DNA of 64,000 nucleotides. Source: Rhizophagus irregularis. Taxonomy: Eukaryota. Shown here piece by piece: positions 1 through 13,287 of the stretch. The notes beneath the pieces are model-generated. The model did no database searches, was not told the origin of the DNA, and saw nothing but the letters and a program-made list of their open reading frames with translations. The stretch spans positions 868,001 through 932,000 of the forward strand of contig NC_089434.1 of NCBI RefSeq assembly GCF_026210795.1, written 5' to 3'. The position numbers were made by a program, and so were the translations under genes. Positions within the stretch are counted from its first letter, which is position 1. Every line of letters begins with the position of its first letter.

Positions 1-1575
1 ATTCAATTTTTTAAATATGGTAAATTGATTTATATCCAGTCACCGCTATACAGTAACGTGTTCTATAATATATCGTTTTATATACAGTATTACATAATTA
101 TATTTACTCTATTTATATTGTACCATTGGAACCATTGCCGACTATTAGGCGTAGGAACTGCAGATCTAGTGAGTACAAAGTGTTATCTGCATGATTATTT
201 CCTGAAATTTTAGCAAGGTGGCTGCCGGCTTATCATGAAAATTTTTTTTCTTTTTTTCTTTTTTTTGTTAAAAAAAACAAAGCAAAATTTTAAAATCAAA
301 TCGCTTATCTTAAAAAGCCCTAACGAAAAAAAGAAAAACAAAAAAGAAAAGGAAAATTTCGGAAACCGATTTTCGATTCTTAAAAAGTTTTCATGAAATT
401 TGCCGTAACAGTTTCGGAATTCTGTGTACATTGTGATTACTGGGATGATTAGATAATATTATTGCATGGTAACACAACTCTAAAACAGCGATAAATGAGT
501 TAAAACGTTTATAAAAATGTGACATATTAAATTAATGACTCTATCAATATATGATTATAATTATTTGATATAAACCCTTATTATTGTGGAGCAGCAAATT
601 TCATGATTTAGAAGCACCAAATGACTCAAACGATAATTATTAAACGACAAAAATTTATCTCGGGAAATCTTTCTTTAAATTCTTTAAATAGATTAAATTT
701 ACCCTTAAGAGGTAAGTAAGCTGTATTTTTTTTTATTTTCCAAAGTCCGAAAGGTCCGATTACATAACTTTAATAATTCCTTCTCATGTGAATCATATTC
801 TTGTTTGCATTCTAGTTTTTCATTCAACCTTCTTTATTTGTCGATAAAACAAAGTGAATTTTAAATCGGAATTACCGGATTACTTTGTCTTTATATCCTT
901 TTTTTTTCTTTGAAAGAAGAATTTCCAACAAAGAAGAAAAAAAAAGGAAACTAAAAAAAGAACAAAACCGTGTCACTATATAAAAGATTTCTGATCTTTT
1001 CTCCAAAAACACCCATCGGCTACTGAATCCAAATTCGTTAATGATAGTTTTCATTATGAGATTTCATTTGGCGTATTTTAATAGCTGATTATATATTTTT
1101 TTATAGTGTACACGAACGTAATATATTATAGGATAATACGGATAACACGTCTGCGATTACGCATCCGGCATTAACAATAAATTTATTACATTATTACGGA
1201 GATACCTTTTTTAATTAAATGATTTAGAAACATCATATGTTGGCACAAAATTTTATAAAGGTATAAACGATAAACATATTATAATTTTTTTTTAATCTTA
1301 ACTCCGATAATCCGGTCTATACAACTTTACTTTTTTAGACATTAGAACAACAATCCTTTACCCCTTTTTTTCATATGTTCACAATAGAAAATTAACAATT
1401 AAAAAATAATAATAATAATGTGTATATATATATATATATATTATTTATTTATTTATAAAAAGAAATAGTCTAATATATTGTCGATAACACGTATTTTTAT
1501 AATATCATTAATTGTAAAAATTCTTCCTTGCGCCCGGTATATGTATAAATAGTAGTATATGTTTGTGCATTGCAA

Positions 1576-1625
<50 letters not shown>
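1576..1625. repeat. (AAT)n microsatellite
   Basis: About 16 perfect AAT units, which explain the poly-Ile ORF at 1453-1674. Confidence 0.95.
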
Positions 1626-1627
<2 letters not shown>

Positions 1628-2163
1628 GTAAATAATAAATGAATTTGGCTAGTGAGATGATTTTTTTTTTCCATACAAAATTCTTTTTTTTGTTAATAAA
1701 ACAAAGAAAATTTTTAAAACCGGATTATTGCCCCAACAAAAAAAAAAAAATAAAAAAAAATAATATATCTCGTCAGAACCCTTTATTGTGACAATAACGA
1801 ACATGATCTACCATCACTTCATGTGATATGTAATTTTATGTCGATGATAATCTTAACTATTAATAAAATTAAATCATAATAAAAAATTCATTTTGCATCC
1901 TTTTAAAGAAACTAGATTTAACTATAAAAAGTAAGCATATCAGATTTCATTTTTTCCATTTTTGATTATAAAATTTTTCGACCCTTTTTCTTCACAGATT
2001 TACACCCATATATTTCTATAAAAAAAAAATTTAATTTGTACTTTACGAAAAAAAAATATCAAATTGGTTTTTTTTTTAAAAAAAAATAAAATTTAAAATT
2101 TTAATTATTCAAATTTGATATTATTTACTTCTTATAACCCATACCCTTTTTCTTAAAAAAAAA

Positions 2164-2936
2164 ATGTCATTATCAAAAAAAAGAAAAGAATTACATCGAG
2201 ATCAATCAAATACTCAAACACACTGGAAACCCTTAGAACTTATTGGCGTCCTAACATTTCTAAATGAAAATTTTGATTTATGGAGTGTAAATCATCTTGA
2301 TGCTAGTAATAAGGCAATTAAGGAGACTAATATCAATCGTGATGGTAAAGCACTTTATAGTAAAATTTATAATATGGTTAAAGCTATGGAAGACTATGTT
2401 GAAAAAAATAATAAGTCAACTTCTTACACCATCATGTGGGAAAATAGTAAAATTTACGATTTAGTAAAAGAAATGTATGATAAAACCAAAGAAACAAAAG
2501 AAACCAAAGAAGGTGAAAGAAAAAAAGAAAAAAGAAACCTCAAATCATATGAGTGACGGTGATGGTGACGTCACAATGAAAAATAAGTATGATGACTTTG
2601 AAATTTCTAATTCTTTTTAAAATGCGATTAATTATCAAAGCAATGTTAAAATTTTATTTTTTTAATTTTAGTAATACGACGACTACAAATCAAATTGATG
2701 TTCCTCAATTACCTTTTACCATCGAAACGATTGACAAGGTTTACAATGAACAAGTTCAAAATTATGACCGATTGATAGTAATAAATAGAGATATGATTGA
2801 AAAGAGAAATAAAGAAGTTCGTGAATTGTACGAACAAATTTCTCGCCGCCAAGCTGAACTAATCAAATTAATTCAAAAAGCTAATAATAAATTAGATGAA
2901 TTGGGGAAAATTACTGGAAAATCTTACATGATATAG
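2164..2936 (+). pseudogene. Cluster paralog 1: Myb/SANT-like + coiled-coil protein with a +1 frameshift (pseudogene or homopolymer assembly error)
   Basis: Exon1 2164-2586, intron 2587-2671 (GTATGA..TTTAG), exon2 2672-2936. The spliced length of 688 nt is 3n+1. Removing one A from the A6 run at 2528-2533 restores KETSNHMSDGDGDVTMKN, homologous to paralog 2 KETPNCTSDGDDVVMN, and gives 228 aa. Confidence 0.75.
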
Positions 2937-4771
2937 ATTTATTTTTTTGTTTTCCTATATTTTATGTAAGCAAGATTTTAAAGTTTAACTTGTTTACGTG
3001 AATTTAAACAGAATTTAACTGAATAAATTTTTTAATTTTTAAGATGATTTTTATTTTTAAAAGTTTCTTTAATCGATCGCGTCTCATTTAAAAAAATTCC
3101 CACAGTATCGACGTTTTTGGTGACACGAATAACGTCATCTGCGTGGTGATCGAATGAATATCAGTTATAGAAATTATTTTCAGAGAATTTTGTTAAAGTT
3201 AAAATTAGATAAAATCACACATTTGCACTCTAATTATAAACTTGGCACGTGATATAGTCTAATATTAGATTCAGCTACATAAGTACCAATAAGAATCACG
3301 TAAAAAATCTGGTTTTGTCGTTACGAGGCTACACTATTTCGAAAATGGCGATAAACAAAATAAGCAATACTAAAAAGTTGAGTAACCGATATTATGTGAC
3401 GATTAACTTGTAAACTTCCAGAAATTATGATGATTGACACCCAACCTAGTAGAGTATCTGATGTTACAATATAAAGGTTCATTTTCTAATTTTCATAATT
3501 CTTTTTTTAATTTTTTATTTTTTTTTTCCTGGTAAACAAGGAGATAAACATATTTCATATTCCGAACATTAATACTAATTATATTTTTATGATACCATGT
3601 TTTGTGTATTTTAAGTATCTCTTTATCTATCAGTTTGTGTCACGAAAGATTTAGCTGGAAATCATCTGATTTTAATGTTCCACAAAATTATCAATTTCTT
3701 ATGATCAGCATTTTTGTGAAATTGATAATATTTTTCGTCATTGTTTTTTTTTAATAAGATGGTCCCCGCAGCAGGGATGCTGCGTCTTATTTTTTTTCAA
3801 AGAAGTTATGTAAGCTTAAAATTAAGCTGTATATATAAAATTATATTAATTGTTTTATGCAGAAGGGCTAATTAAAATGGATCAACGTATATGCTAAAAT
3901 CAGTCCAATCAGATGTAAATAATGTATCGCGCGCATACACTCAGATACAAATAAGGGATAGTAGATTAACAATACTAACAAACAAAATAAAATGTATGAT
4001 AAATTATTCAATGGATTCTCAATGGACCTTTCTCTCGATTCTTTTCTACAAGTACCTTGCTATTTATACATTTTTAGCCCTAATTGGTTAATGTTCAATA
4101 TACGATTATATTAAATAGCTATATTCGATATGTTTTTCGAAACATTGATCCGCAGTCACGTGACAAGCGGATTTTAGTCATCAATTTCGGCAATTGCATT
4201 ACCCGATAACATACCAGCAACACTATTTTGATTGATTGAACTTAAGATTACTTAATTGAATTATGAAATTTGTTTACAATACAAATATTGTGTATGATAC
4301 TATTATCTGTTTAAAAATTGAGTATACAGGCCTATCATTTTCTTAGGAAGGTTATTGGTAGGCAAAGAATTTTGTGTTTGATAACTTGAATAGGAGCCAT
4401 CTGCTAGAATTTTCGTGTTATTGAAAGTTTGTGTTCATATTTTAAGATGGTAACAACAATGAAAAAAATGTGCGCAAATAAAATACAGTTTAATGTAACA
4501 CAAAAAATAACAAACCACCAGCAATGAAATAAAAAAAAAATCAATATTTAGCTATTCTAATTATAGACCGTGGGACATGGGTATGAATGGCGGTAAATCC
4601 TTTAATAAAATATTTACGACTTGACAATACATTTTTTATTTACATTTCTTCGCCACCTAAAAAATTTTGTTGACATTTGATTATCAAGTTATAAAAAAAC
4701 AAATATTATTTACAAAAGATTATACCATATTACGATTGAAATAATAATAATGATATGCATAAAGCACTGTG

Positions 4772-4971
4772 GGGTAGTCTTACCACACCACCCTCGGTTA
4801 CACAAATATTTGTTGGGGTGTGATGTCCGAGGTATGTGACAAATAGAGATCAGGCTAGTAAAAAAAAACTAAGTCCCTCAGATAAATATAAAAAATGCGA
4901 ACGCGGATATCACGTGATAATGTGACGCTAAATGTCACTGTGTAACCGAGGGTGGTGTGGTAAGATTTTCC
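4772..4971. mobile_element. ~200-bp MITE with ~33-bp TIRs and an 8-9 bp TSD (Merlin- or MULE-like)
   Basis: TIR core TCTTACCACACCACCCTCGGTTACACA near 4778 with its reverse complement ending near 4965. Flanked by the direct repeat GCACTGTG(G) at 4764 and 4972. Confidence 0.85.
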
Positions 4972-4980
4972 GCACTGTGG

Positions 4981-5345
4981 TAGGACCCAGAAATATGTAT
5001 ATATATATATATAGGTAGGCGTTGATTTGCGTTTGTTAGATCATCAGATTGCATATTTTTTTATCAAAATTTTTGTATATCCAATTCGTGCAACACTAAA
5101 AAAAACGGTAAAGGACAATCAATACCTATTGTTCCGATTGGAAGAAATTTTCTAAGGTTTGAAAAGTATATTATATTTTAACTATCTTAACTATTTGAAA
5201 AATATTATTGAAAAAATGAAGACAAATTTTATTTTTTCATATTAGTATTTGGTTTTATAAATAATAAAAGCCAAGATAAAATAAATCATGTGAACTTTAT
5301 GTCTAAAATTGCAGGATTTTCAAAATCAGGTGTCAATTATGCGTA
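4981..5345 (+). mobile_element. Truncated copy of the TAGGACCCAG MITE family
   Basis: Starts TAGGACCCAGAAATAT. Internal blocks (TTGATTTGCG, TTTCTAAGG, GCAGGATTTTCAA.ATCAGGTGTCAATTATGCGTA) match the full copy at 21903-22396. No right TIR seen. Confidence 0.75.
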
Positions 5346-5839
5346 AAAAATTTTTTGTGTGATACAGGCAAGGGCTTTTAGCTGCATGATGAAAATATTA
5401 TTTCGTTTTGAGGCTATAAATACCTGTATGTATTGTACTGTATATGATTCTTTAAAATAATATTTTACGAGACGAATAATTAATAATTTGTGATAGCACT
5501 ATTATTAAAATTAAAGATACCCTAAGAATTGTTTCTAAATTTTTTTTTTTTATTTTAAACACTCATAATAGTATTAAATTATTGTTGTTCAACGTAGTCC
5601 GTGGTCTTCTATCAGGAAAAACAAACTCCTGAATCATATGTTTGGAGAAATCTATGTAACAAACATTTAACATTTTACAGGTTTTATTTGGTTAGTATCG
5701 AGGAATTCTCCTGTGGCGATTACTCGATTACGCATCGGCCCAGAACGTTTGTTTATTTGTTTATGGTACAATTAATATTTGAATTTATAAGGAAATTTCC
5801 AAGTTTAAAAAGATAGTTTTTTGTGTAAATTATTTTAAA

Positions 5840-6260
5840 GAATTCCCTTTTAATTTTCTTTAAAAAAAAAAGAAAGAAAGAAAGAAAAAGAAAAGGAAAA
5901 AGAAAAAGAAAAAGAAACATATTGAAGATTAAATAAAAAAAAATGTTTGTTCATGAATTCTCTTTTTGATTATTTGAAATTTTCTTAAAAAAAAAGAAAA
6001 AAAAGAAAAAGAAAATATTGAAGAAAAAAAATGTTTGTTCATAATCTAACAATGAATTCCCTTTTTAATTATTTGAAATTTTCTTTAAAAAAAAAAAGAA
6101 AAAGAAAATATTGAAGATTAAATAAAAAAAAAATGTTTGTTCATAATCTAATAATATTTTAGAATTCCCTTTTAATTATTTGAAATTTACTTAAAAAAAA
6201 AAAAAAGAAAAAGGAAAAAGGAAAAAAAGAAAAATAATTATAATTTATAATAATATTTTA
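5840..6260. repeat. Degenerate ~110-bp tandem repeat (3-4 copies)
   Basis: Recurrent GAATTCCCTTTTTAATTATTTGAAATTTTCTT(A)n..GAAAATATTGAAGA..AATGTTTGTTCATAATCTAA. Confidence 0.8.
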
Positions 6261-6651
6261 GTAATCTTATTAAAAGTAGGCTTGTAAATAGCTTATTGTA
6301 CTACGACTTTGTAAGAAGATCAGTTAAGCCACATCGCTTTGCAGTATGCAGAATTGTTTTGTAACTATTCAATCTATTCATTGAGTTTTCCAAAAAGAAA
6401 CTTTTTTTTTTTTAAAAAAAAAATAAAAAAATCTTAAGAAAATTTTTTTTCCCCCCGGAATAAAAAATTAAATAATCAAAGCGTCGCTGAGCGCTTTGGT
6501 CAGCGAATCTCGTATATAAATAGATAACGGAATTTGGGATCGTGTGGAGCCAGGTTCAATAAAATTGAACGCGGGTGTCAAATTTCTAAAATTAATGATA
6601 ATTATAATTAGTTATAGTACGATACATATATCAATAAATAAAAAAAAATAT

Positions 6652-7314
6652 TCACACTTGTCGTGAATCAGTGGTAACTGGGACATTGACATCCTTGATA
6701 AATACATCCCACTCCCCATTTCTATTTAAACGAAGTAATAAACAATATAAAATGTATAAAAATAAGAATTTCTTATTTTTAAAAATAAATAAATAAATAA
6801 AAATGAAAAATTATTATACTCACAAATTTGTATGACTTAAAGCTTTTTTATAAAGAAAAATACTCCACAAATTACGAATATCTCGTAAAATAAGGGATTT
6901 ATCGTCGTCTAGTAATCTTGAAGTATTTATTTTGTTATAAACAAAGTATGTTATTCCAATAAACGGATAAACATCTTTAAGATATGATATATTAGAATTT
7001 TTTAATAAGTAAGTTGTCCCAAGAACAAATTTCATAAACGTTGTTAACGACGGAAAATTATTATGAAAAATTTGTTGATAGATTTCGATGTTATTGGTTA
7101 GCGTAAGTAATTTTGGATCAATATCCCGACTAGTTACTGCATCAACAAATTTCCGAAAGTTAGGATCTTTTGGATTTAAGACGCTAGTTGTATCGATGTT
7201 TTTATGTCGACACCAATTCAAAATAGTTGGGTCCATATATTTGTTGAATAAATCGGCCAATATCCCTGAGACATTATCGATATTATCGTGGTAAATTGTT
7301 GAACGAGAATACAT
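6652..7314 (-). CDS. Hypothetical protein (186 aa, 2 exons), unrelated to the cluster family
   Basis: The 164-aa ORF ends at a GTGAGT donor (6823). Splicing to the AG at 6722 adds in-frame LNGEWDVFIKDVNVPVTTDSRQV*. Exons 7314-6824 and 6721-6652 total 561 nt. Confidence 0.6.
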
Positions 7315-9435
7315 TGTATTTTAAAAATCGGTATAAAAGAAACGAAAAAGTGAAAGAACGAAACTATCATAAATTAATAGAAAGGTTTTTAATCCATTTC
7401 ATAAATATTAACATATTTCAAGAACAGAAGCGATTTTTATATTTTTATTAAACGTCACGTGCAAAAGAAAACCGCAAAGAAGTGGAGTATTAAATATATA
7501 CATGATTCATATAATAAATATATACAAATGTAATTTAAAATTTAAAATTTAAAAAAAAAGTTGACAGATTAACGTTTTAGGGAAAAACATTATCAATTTA
7601 CGTAATACATCCTTTTTTAGTTTTTTTTTCAGCATGATCATTTAAATTATTCTGCGCTAAGGCTGGTACGGCTGGTGCATCCTTTTTGGGTTTTCATTTT
7701 GGAAGTCATCCCTCCCCTTGAAAATCTTCTGTGCTTTTTTCTTTTTCATCCAATAATCTGCCTTTTTTTTTATTTTTTTAATGAAGTAATCAGTTCTACA
7801 GATACTGTTTAAAATTGATCGTCATCATCTATAACACTAATTGTAAAATATATTTTTAAATAACATGTATTTTATATATACTTTTCTATTAAATGTATTA
7901 TATAACATCAAATTAAATAATGTAAAATCTCTTTACATAACATGTCTTTTGTGTTATGACTACTAGATGGGAAAAAACTTATCGGAAATCCGGATAATTA
8001 AAATACTAGATTTTCCACACTGAATTTCTACTGTTTCACAACATTTTATCTGCATGTTCTAGAGATCCATATGACAATATTTTTCATTCTGAAAAAAAAA
8101 AAAGATCCTAACGAAAAAGAGAAGGAAAAGAAAATGAAAACAATAGAATCGGATTTTGAACTCAAAACTTATTGTGTTTTGTAACATTTGGTGATTTTGG
8201 GATTTGTTTACGTATTTTAAATCAGCTGTATATTTTTTTAGATTATAAAAGGTTTTCATTAGTATTAATTGAGGTAACGCGTTAATTATAAAATGAGACA
8301 CGTTGAAACTATTTTTAATACACAGTATATTGACGATTATATTATTAAAAATTTTATTTGTATTTTTTCCTTTGCTGAGATGCCGAGATTAACCAATTTC
8401 TTTAATCATTGATTTAGAAGCACAAATGACTCATATTTTTTATTGAAATATCGGTACAAAATTTTACCCCGTATTTAAAAAAGGTAATTAGTGACTATAA
8501 GAAGTAAGTATATTAAAGCATTTTTTTACTTTTTTTTTACAAACTCCGATAACCTGATCATATATATAACTTTAAACTTTTTTTAATCATTAGTATAACG
8601 TTGTTTTAACCTTTTCTCATTGTAAAAAAATTATTCTTGGCACTCTAATGCATATTTGTGTATCGCAAAGAAAATATATAAAAAATAATAAATAAGTACA
8701 AATTCATGAATTTGGATTAGCAAGGACCTTTTTTTTTTTTGTTTTGTTAATAGACAAAGAAATCTGATTGTTGCCTCTTATATCTTTTCATTACGCCTCA
8801 ACAACAAAAAGGAAAACAAAAAAAAAGTATATCACGGATTCTAAGGATCGAATTTGGTATTACAATGAATTAGTTAAATACGCATATAAAGTAATTCATT
8901 TTTAATGAAATTATAATGAGATGAGAAATGATCTACAGATAGATAACACGTTATGTGTAATTTTAAAAACTTGTGTTTTTTTAACTGCATGTCGACGATT
9001 ATATCACACTATTATTATTAATAAAAATTTATTTGTATTCTTTACTTTTAGCTTTTATTTGATACTTTGGTACAGAACATAATAGATTATACATTTTTAG
9101 ATATCGCCGAGATTAACCAAATTTCTTTATAATCAATAGATTTTGAGGTACGGAGTTCCATGACCTTTGGCACAACTTTTTTTTATCTTGCAGCAAAGCT
9201 AACTATAAAAGGTAAGCAACCTTATATTTCATTTTTTCTAAATCTTGATCCTTAATGTCAAGTAGTCTCTGCGCCATCTTTAAATTTATTTATAAAAGAA
9301 AAAATTATTCGTGCTTTACGAAAACAAAAAAAAAACATTTTTAAAAAGAAAAATAAAAATTCAAAACATTCAAATAATTCAAATTTTGATATTATTTACT
9401 CCTTATATCAATTTTTTTTTTTAAAAAAAAAAAAG

Positions 9436-10188
9436 ATGTCAGTACCAAAAAAAAGAAAAGAGGTACATCGAGATCAACCAACTCAAATACAAATACGCTG
9501 GAAACCTTTAGAACTTCTTGGGGTCCTAACATTTCTTAATGATAATTTTGATTTATGGAGAGAAAATCATCAAAAAGCTTGCAGTGATGCGATTAAAGAG
9601 ACAAACATCAATCGTAATGAACAAGCAATTTATACTAAAATTAACAGTATGATTAAGGCTTTAGAAGAATATTTTGAGACGGGTAGAAAGTCGAATTCTT
9701 GCGCTGCCATGTGGGATGATGATAATAGTAAAATTTATGATTTGGTAAAAGAAATGTATGATAAAACCAAAGGAGGAGAAAAAAAGGAAAGTGAAAAGGA
9801 AACTCCAAATTGTACGAGTGACGGTGATGACGTTGTAATGAATAAGTATGTTGATCCTTTTGAAATCTCTAATTTTTTTTTTAAATTTATTAAAATTTTA
9901 TTATTCTATTTTAGTATAAATATGACGACTATCAATATAGATGTTCCTCAAATACCTTTTACCATTGACATGGTTGACAAGATCTACAACGAACAAATTC
10001 AAAATTATGACCGATTGGTAGAAATAAATAGAAATATAATTAAAAAGAAAAATAAGGAAGTTCGTGATTTGCATGAACAAATTACTCATCGTCAAACTGA
10101 ACTAATCGAGTTAATTCAAAAAGCTAATAATATATTAGATGAATTGAAGAAATTCACTGGAGAATCTTCAAAATCTCCTATGATGTGA
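9436..10188 (+). CDS. Cluster paralog 2: Myb/SANT-like + coiled-coil protein (227 aa)
   Basis: Exon1 9436-9845, intron 9846-9914 (GTATGT..TTTAG, 69 nt, read through in the ORF track), exon2 9915-10188. Motif RWKPLELLGVLTFLNDNFDLW..H..AC..A....NINR....Y.KI. Closest relative of paralog 1. Confidence 0.88.
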   Translation: MSVPKKRKEVHRDQPTQIQIRWKPLELLGVLTFLNDNFDLWRENHQKACSDAIKETNINRNEQAIYTKINSMIKALEEYFETGRKSNSCAAMWDDDNSKIYDLVKEMYDKTKGGEKKESEKETPNCTSDGDDVVMNKYVDPFEISNFFFKFIKILLFYFSINMTTINIDVPQIPFTIDMVDKIYNEQIQNYDRLVEINRNIIKKKNKEVRDLHEQITHRQTELIELIQKANNILDELKKFTGESSKSPMM

Positions 10189-12548
10189 TGTAGATTATTT
10201 ATTTCAATTTATTTTTTTATTTTATTTTTATATAAGTACCGATTAAATGATCGCTAAATTGCAAATAAATTCAAATATAATTTAACCGAAATAAATTTTC
10301 TTTAAAAATGACCTTTTTTTTATCTGACGTTTATTTTAAAAAAGTTCCCTAGTCGAACGCGTCTTTAAGGACGTCATTTAAACATTATATTAAAAAAATT
10401 TCCACGTCAATGTATATGACATAACATTCTGACACGTTTTAGTGTTTTAGTGATACGAATAACGTCATCTACATGATTCGTTGATTCAACAAACCAGACT
10501 ACACCATTTTGAAAATGGCGTTAAAGTACTCTTTATTTAATTTTGACAAAATTCTTTGTATTAATGTTTCTGTAGAATTCTCTTTTGTAATACGCGATAA
10601 AGCTTAACTATGTAAAGAAATCATATTCCATTTTTAACTATGAGTAAGCGGAAAAGATTGATTTTATTTTGCCGTCTCTATTATATGTAAATAGTAATTT
10701 AAATTATATAGATAAAAAAATAATAATGAAGAAAAAAGTCCTATTATTTGTATAAATAAATAAATAAAATTCTACACTACCTTCTATTTGTAAATTATAA
10801 AGGAAAACAAAAAGGGGACAAAAGTATCAAAGTTTTCTGATCTTGTCTCCAAAAATGCCAGTCGGATTTAATTTCTTTGTTTTATAACGAGATTTTAGTG
10901 GTGATTCTTCTCCAGCGTGGCACGACATGATCTGCCGGATAGCACGTATATGGATAGCATGTAATAGCTCGCTTTTATATATTAATTAATATATAATAGT
11001 TATTTATGCAGACGTCCAAGATCATGTTCCATATAAAAATTGTAAAAATCTAAATGACGTAATTACGTAAATGCGTCAAAAATATTAAAGATATGATTAT
11101 GCAATAATAATTTATCTAAAAAAAATAAGTATGTTAAAAACCTATTTGGCTGCATAATAATTCTTACTTTAATCATTGTTTGATGCACTTTTGCGGAAGA
11201 TGCCGAGATTAACTCATATGACCTATAATTTTTTTCGTTGCAGAATCCTTTATTTAAAAAAGGTAGAAATTGAGTATAAAGAGGTTAGCAATTTATGATT
11301 GTTTTTTTTTCTATTTTATTTTTCCAAACTCCGATAAACCCGAACATTTATTCATCGCAATAAATTATGAGAATTTTTTTTCCCATGCAACTTTCTTTTT
11401 TTGTTAATAAAAACAAAGAAAAAATCTTAAAAACCGGATTATTATCTTTTTATCTGAAAAAAAAATGCCCCCAACAAAAAAAAAAAATAAAGTATGCCCC
11501 GAGAACCAATGACATTTTTTATGTTAGAATTGAATTTGGTAATTTATTAAATGTCACGTACTATAAAATAATTTATGAAGATTATATTATGTGATATGTG
11601 ATAATTATGTGATGTGTGTAAAATTTGTTTTTTTACTGTACTACAAGCAATATGATCATGACCATATAATAATACTACTATTAATAAAATTCTTTGTTTT
11701 TTACTGTACTACAAGCAATATATCGATGATCATATAATAATACTATTAATTAAATTCTTTGTTCATGACAGATTAATACATTTTTAGTTATTCCCACGAG
11801 GTTAACCGGATTTTACGGATTTTAAATCATGTCTATATTTCCGCAGCTAAAGATATGCATGCATTAAATTTCATTTATTCCAAATCTAATCAAAAAATTT
11901 AGCAAATCACTTCCAACTTTACTCCTTATATTTGTATAAACCAATAAATAACATTTATTGGTGCTTTACGAAAAAAAATTTTTTTTTTTGAATTTTAAAT
12001 ATTTAAACTTTAAACTACCTGAAAAAAAAATGCCAAAAAAAAAACGCCATTTAAACATTATCTTCGCTAACGTAATTATAAAGAATCTTATTAATTTTTG
12101 AATACAACATTTTGTCCAACTGACGTCCAACTGATTGATGTATTGAACTTCTTTCCATTGTCTTGTAAATTGTCCGGCAAATCCGGTTTTCTTTTTTTCT
12201 TTAAAGCTACACCATTTGAAAATAGAGGTAAGCAAAATTCATTGTACTAATTCTGTATATCATGGATAGGGGAAAATTCTCTCCGATAGCTTAACTATGA
12301 AAGGAAACCATATTCCATATTAAATAATTAATTGAGTAAACGGAAAAATTTGATTTTTATTTTACCGTCCCTAATATAAAAAAAGTCACGTTATTTGTGT
12401 AAATAATATAAAATGGAGTTCTATTCCTATTATTTGCATAGTATAAATAATAAATTGTATTTTTTTTTTTGTAAAAAAAAAACTTTAACAAAAAAAAATC
12501 TATATTATAATTTTATTTTAATTTTTTAATTTTTTTTTTAAAAAAAAA

Positions 12549-13287
12549 ATGTCAAAACCAGTTCAACCAATACGATGGAAACCTTTAGAACTTATCGGCG
12601 TTCTGACTTATCTAAATAATAATTTTGAGCTGTGGTGTGCGAATCATCGTAATGCTTGCAATATGGCGATTAGGGAAACCAATATCAATCGAGACGAAAA
12701 AGCTACTTATGCTAAAATTTACAATTTGATTAGGGCAATGGAAGAATTTCATCAATCAGGTAGGAAGCCATCGTCTTATAATGTCATGTGGGAAGATAAA
12801 AATATCTACGATTTAGTAGAAAAGATGTACAACAAATCAAAAATGAAACAGGAAAGTGAAAAAGGTAAAGAAATTACAGTTGACGATGACATTGAGATGA
12901 GCATAAGGTATGTTAGCTTTAAATTATCAATTATATCAATTATATAACATTTAATAATTATTATATTATATTTTCATTTTTAGCGATGATCAAACAAATA
13001 TTGATATCATGTCGCAATCAATTGCGCCTTTATCAATTGAGGCAGTGAACAAACTTTGTGATGAGAAAATTAATCAAGTTTATGAAAATCAAGCCTTGGT
13101 TATCAAAAAGATTGAGGAAGCCAATGATACATTTGAAAAGTCAAATGTTAAAATTTTTTATTCGGCTGAGAGAGCTAAAAGTATATGCGACGAGAAATTG
13201 AGCAAAATCGGTCAACTTCGATCCGAACTTATCGAAATGATCAATATTGCTAATGCTAAATATGAAGAATTAAAAAACTTTCAATGA
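12549..13287 (+). CDS. Cluster paralog 3: Myb/SANT-like + coiled-coil protein (220 aa)
   Basis: Exon1 12549-12907, intron 12908-12983 (GTATGT..TTTAG), exon2 12984-13287. Spliced length is 663 nt, in frame. Confidence 0.88.

Noticed and set aside
1453..1674. Poly-Ile ORF and many other 60-90 aa F/K/I-rich ORFs
   Set aside because: Microsatellite or AT-rich chance frames, or antisense to real genes.
1921..1937. ACTATAAAA(A/G)GTAAGC before paralogs 1 and 2 (also 9202) as a TATA box or 5'-UTR intron donor
   Set aside because: Conserved, but the two readings cannot be separated without transcript data, so it is not called as a feature.
9846..9914. Hydrophobic 'transmembrane' segment in the 250-aa ORF (likewise 28978-29046)
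   Set aside because: These are 69-nt in-frame introns at the position conserved in all paralogs.
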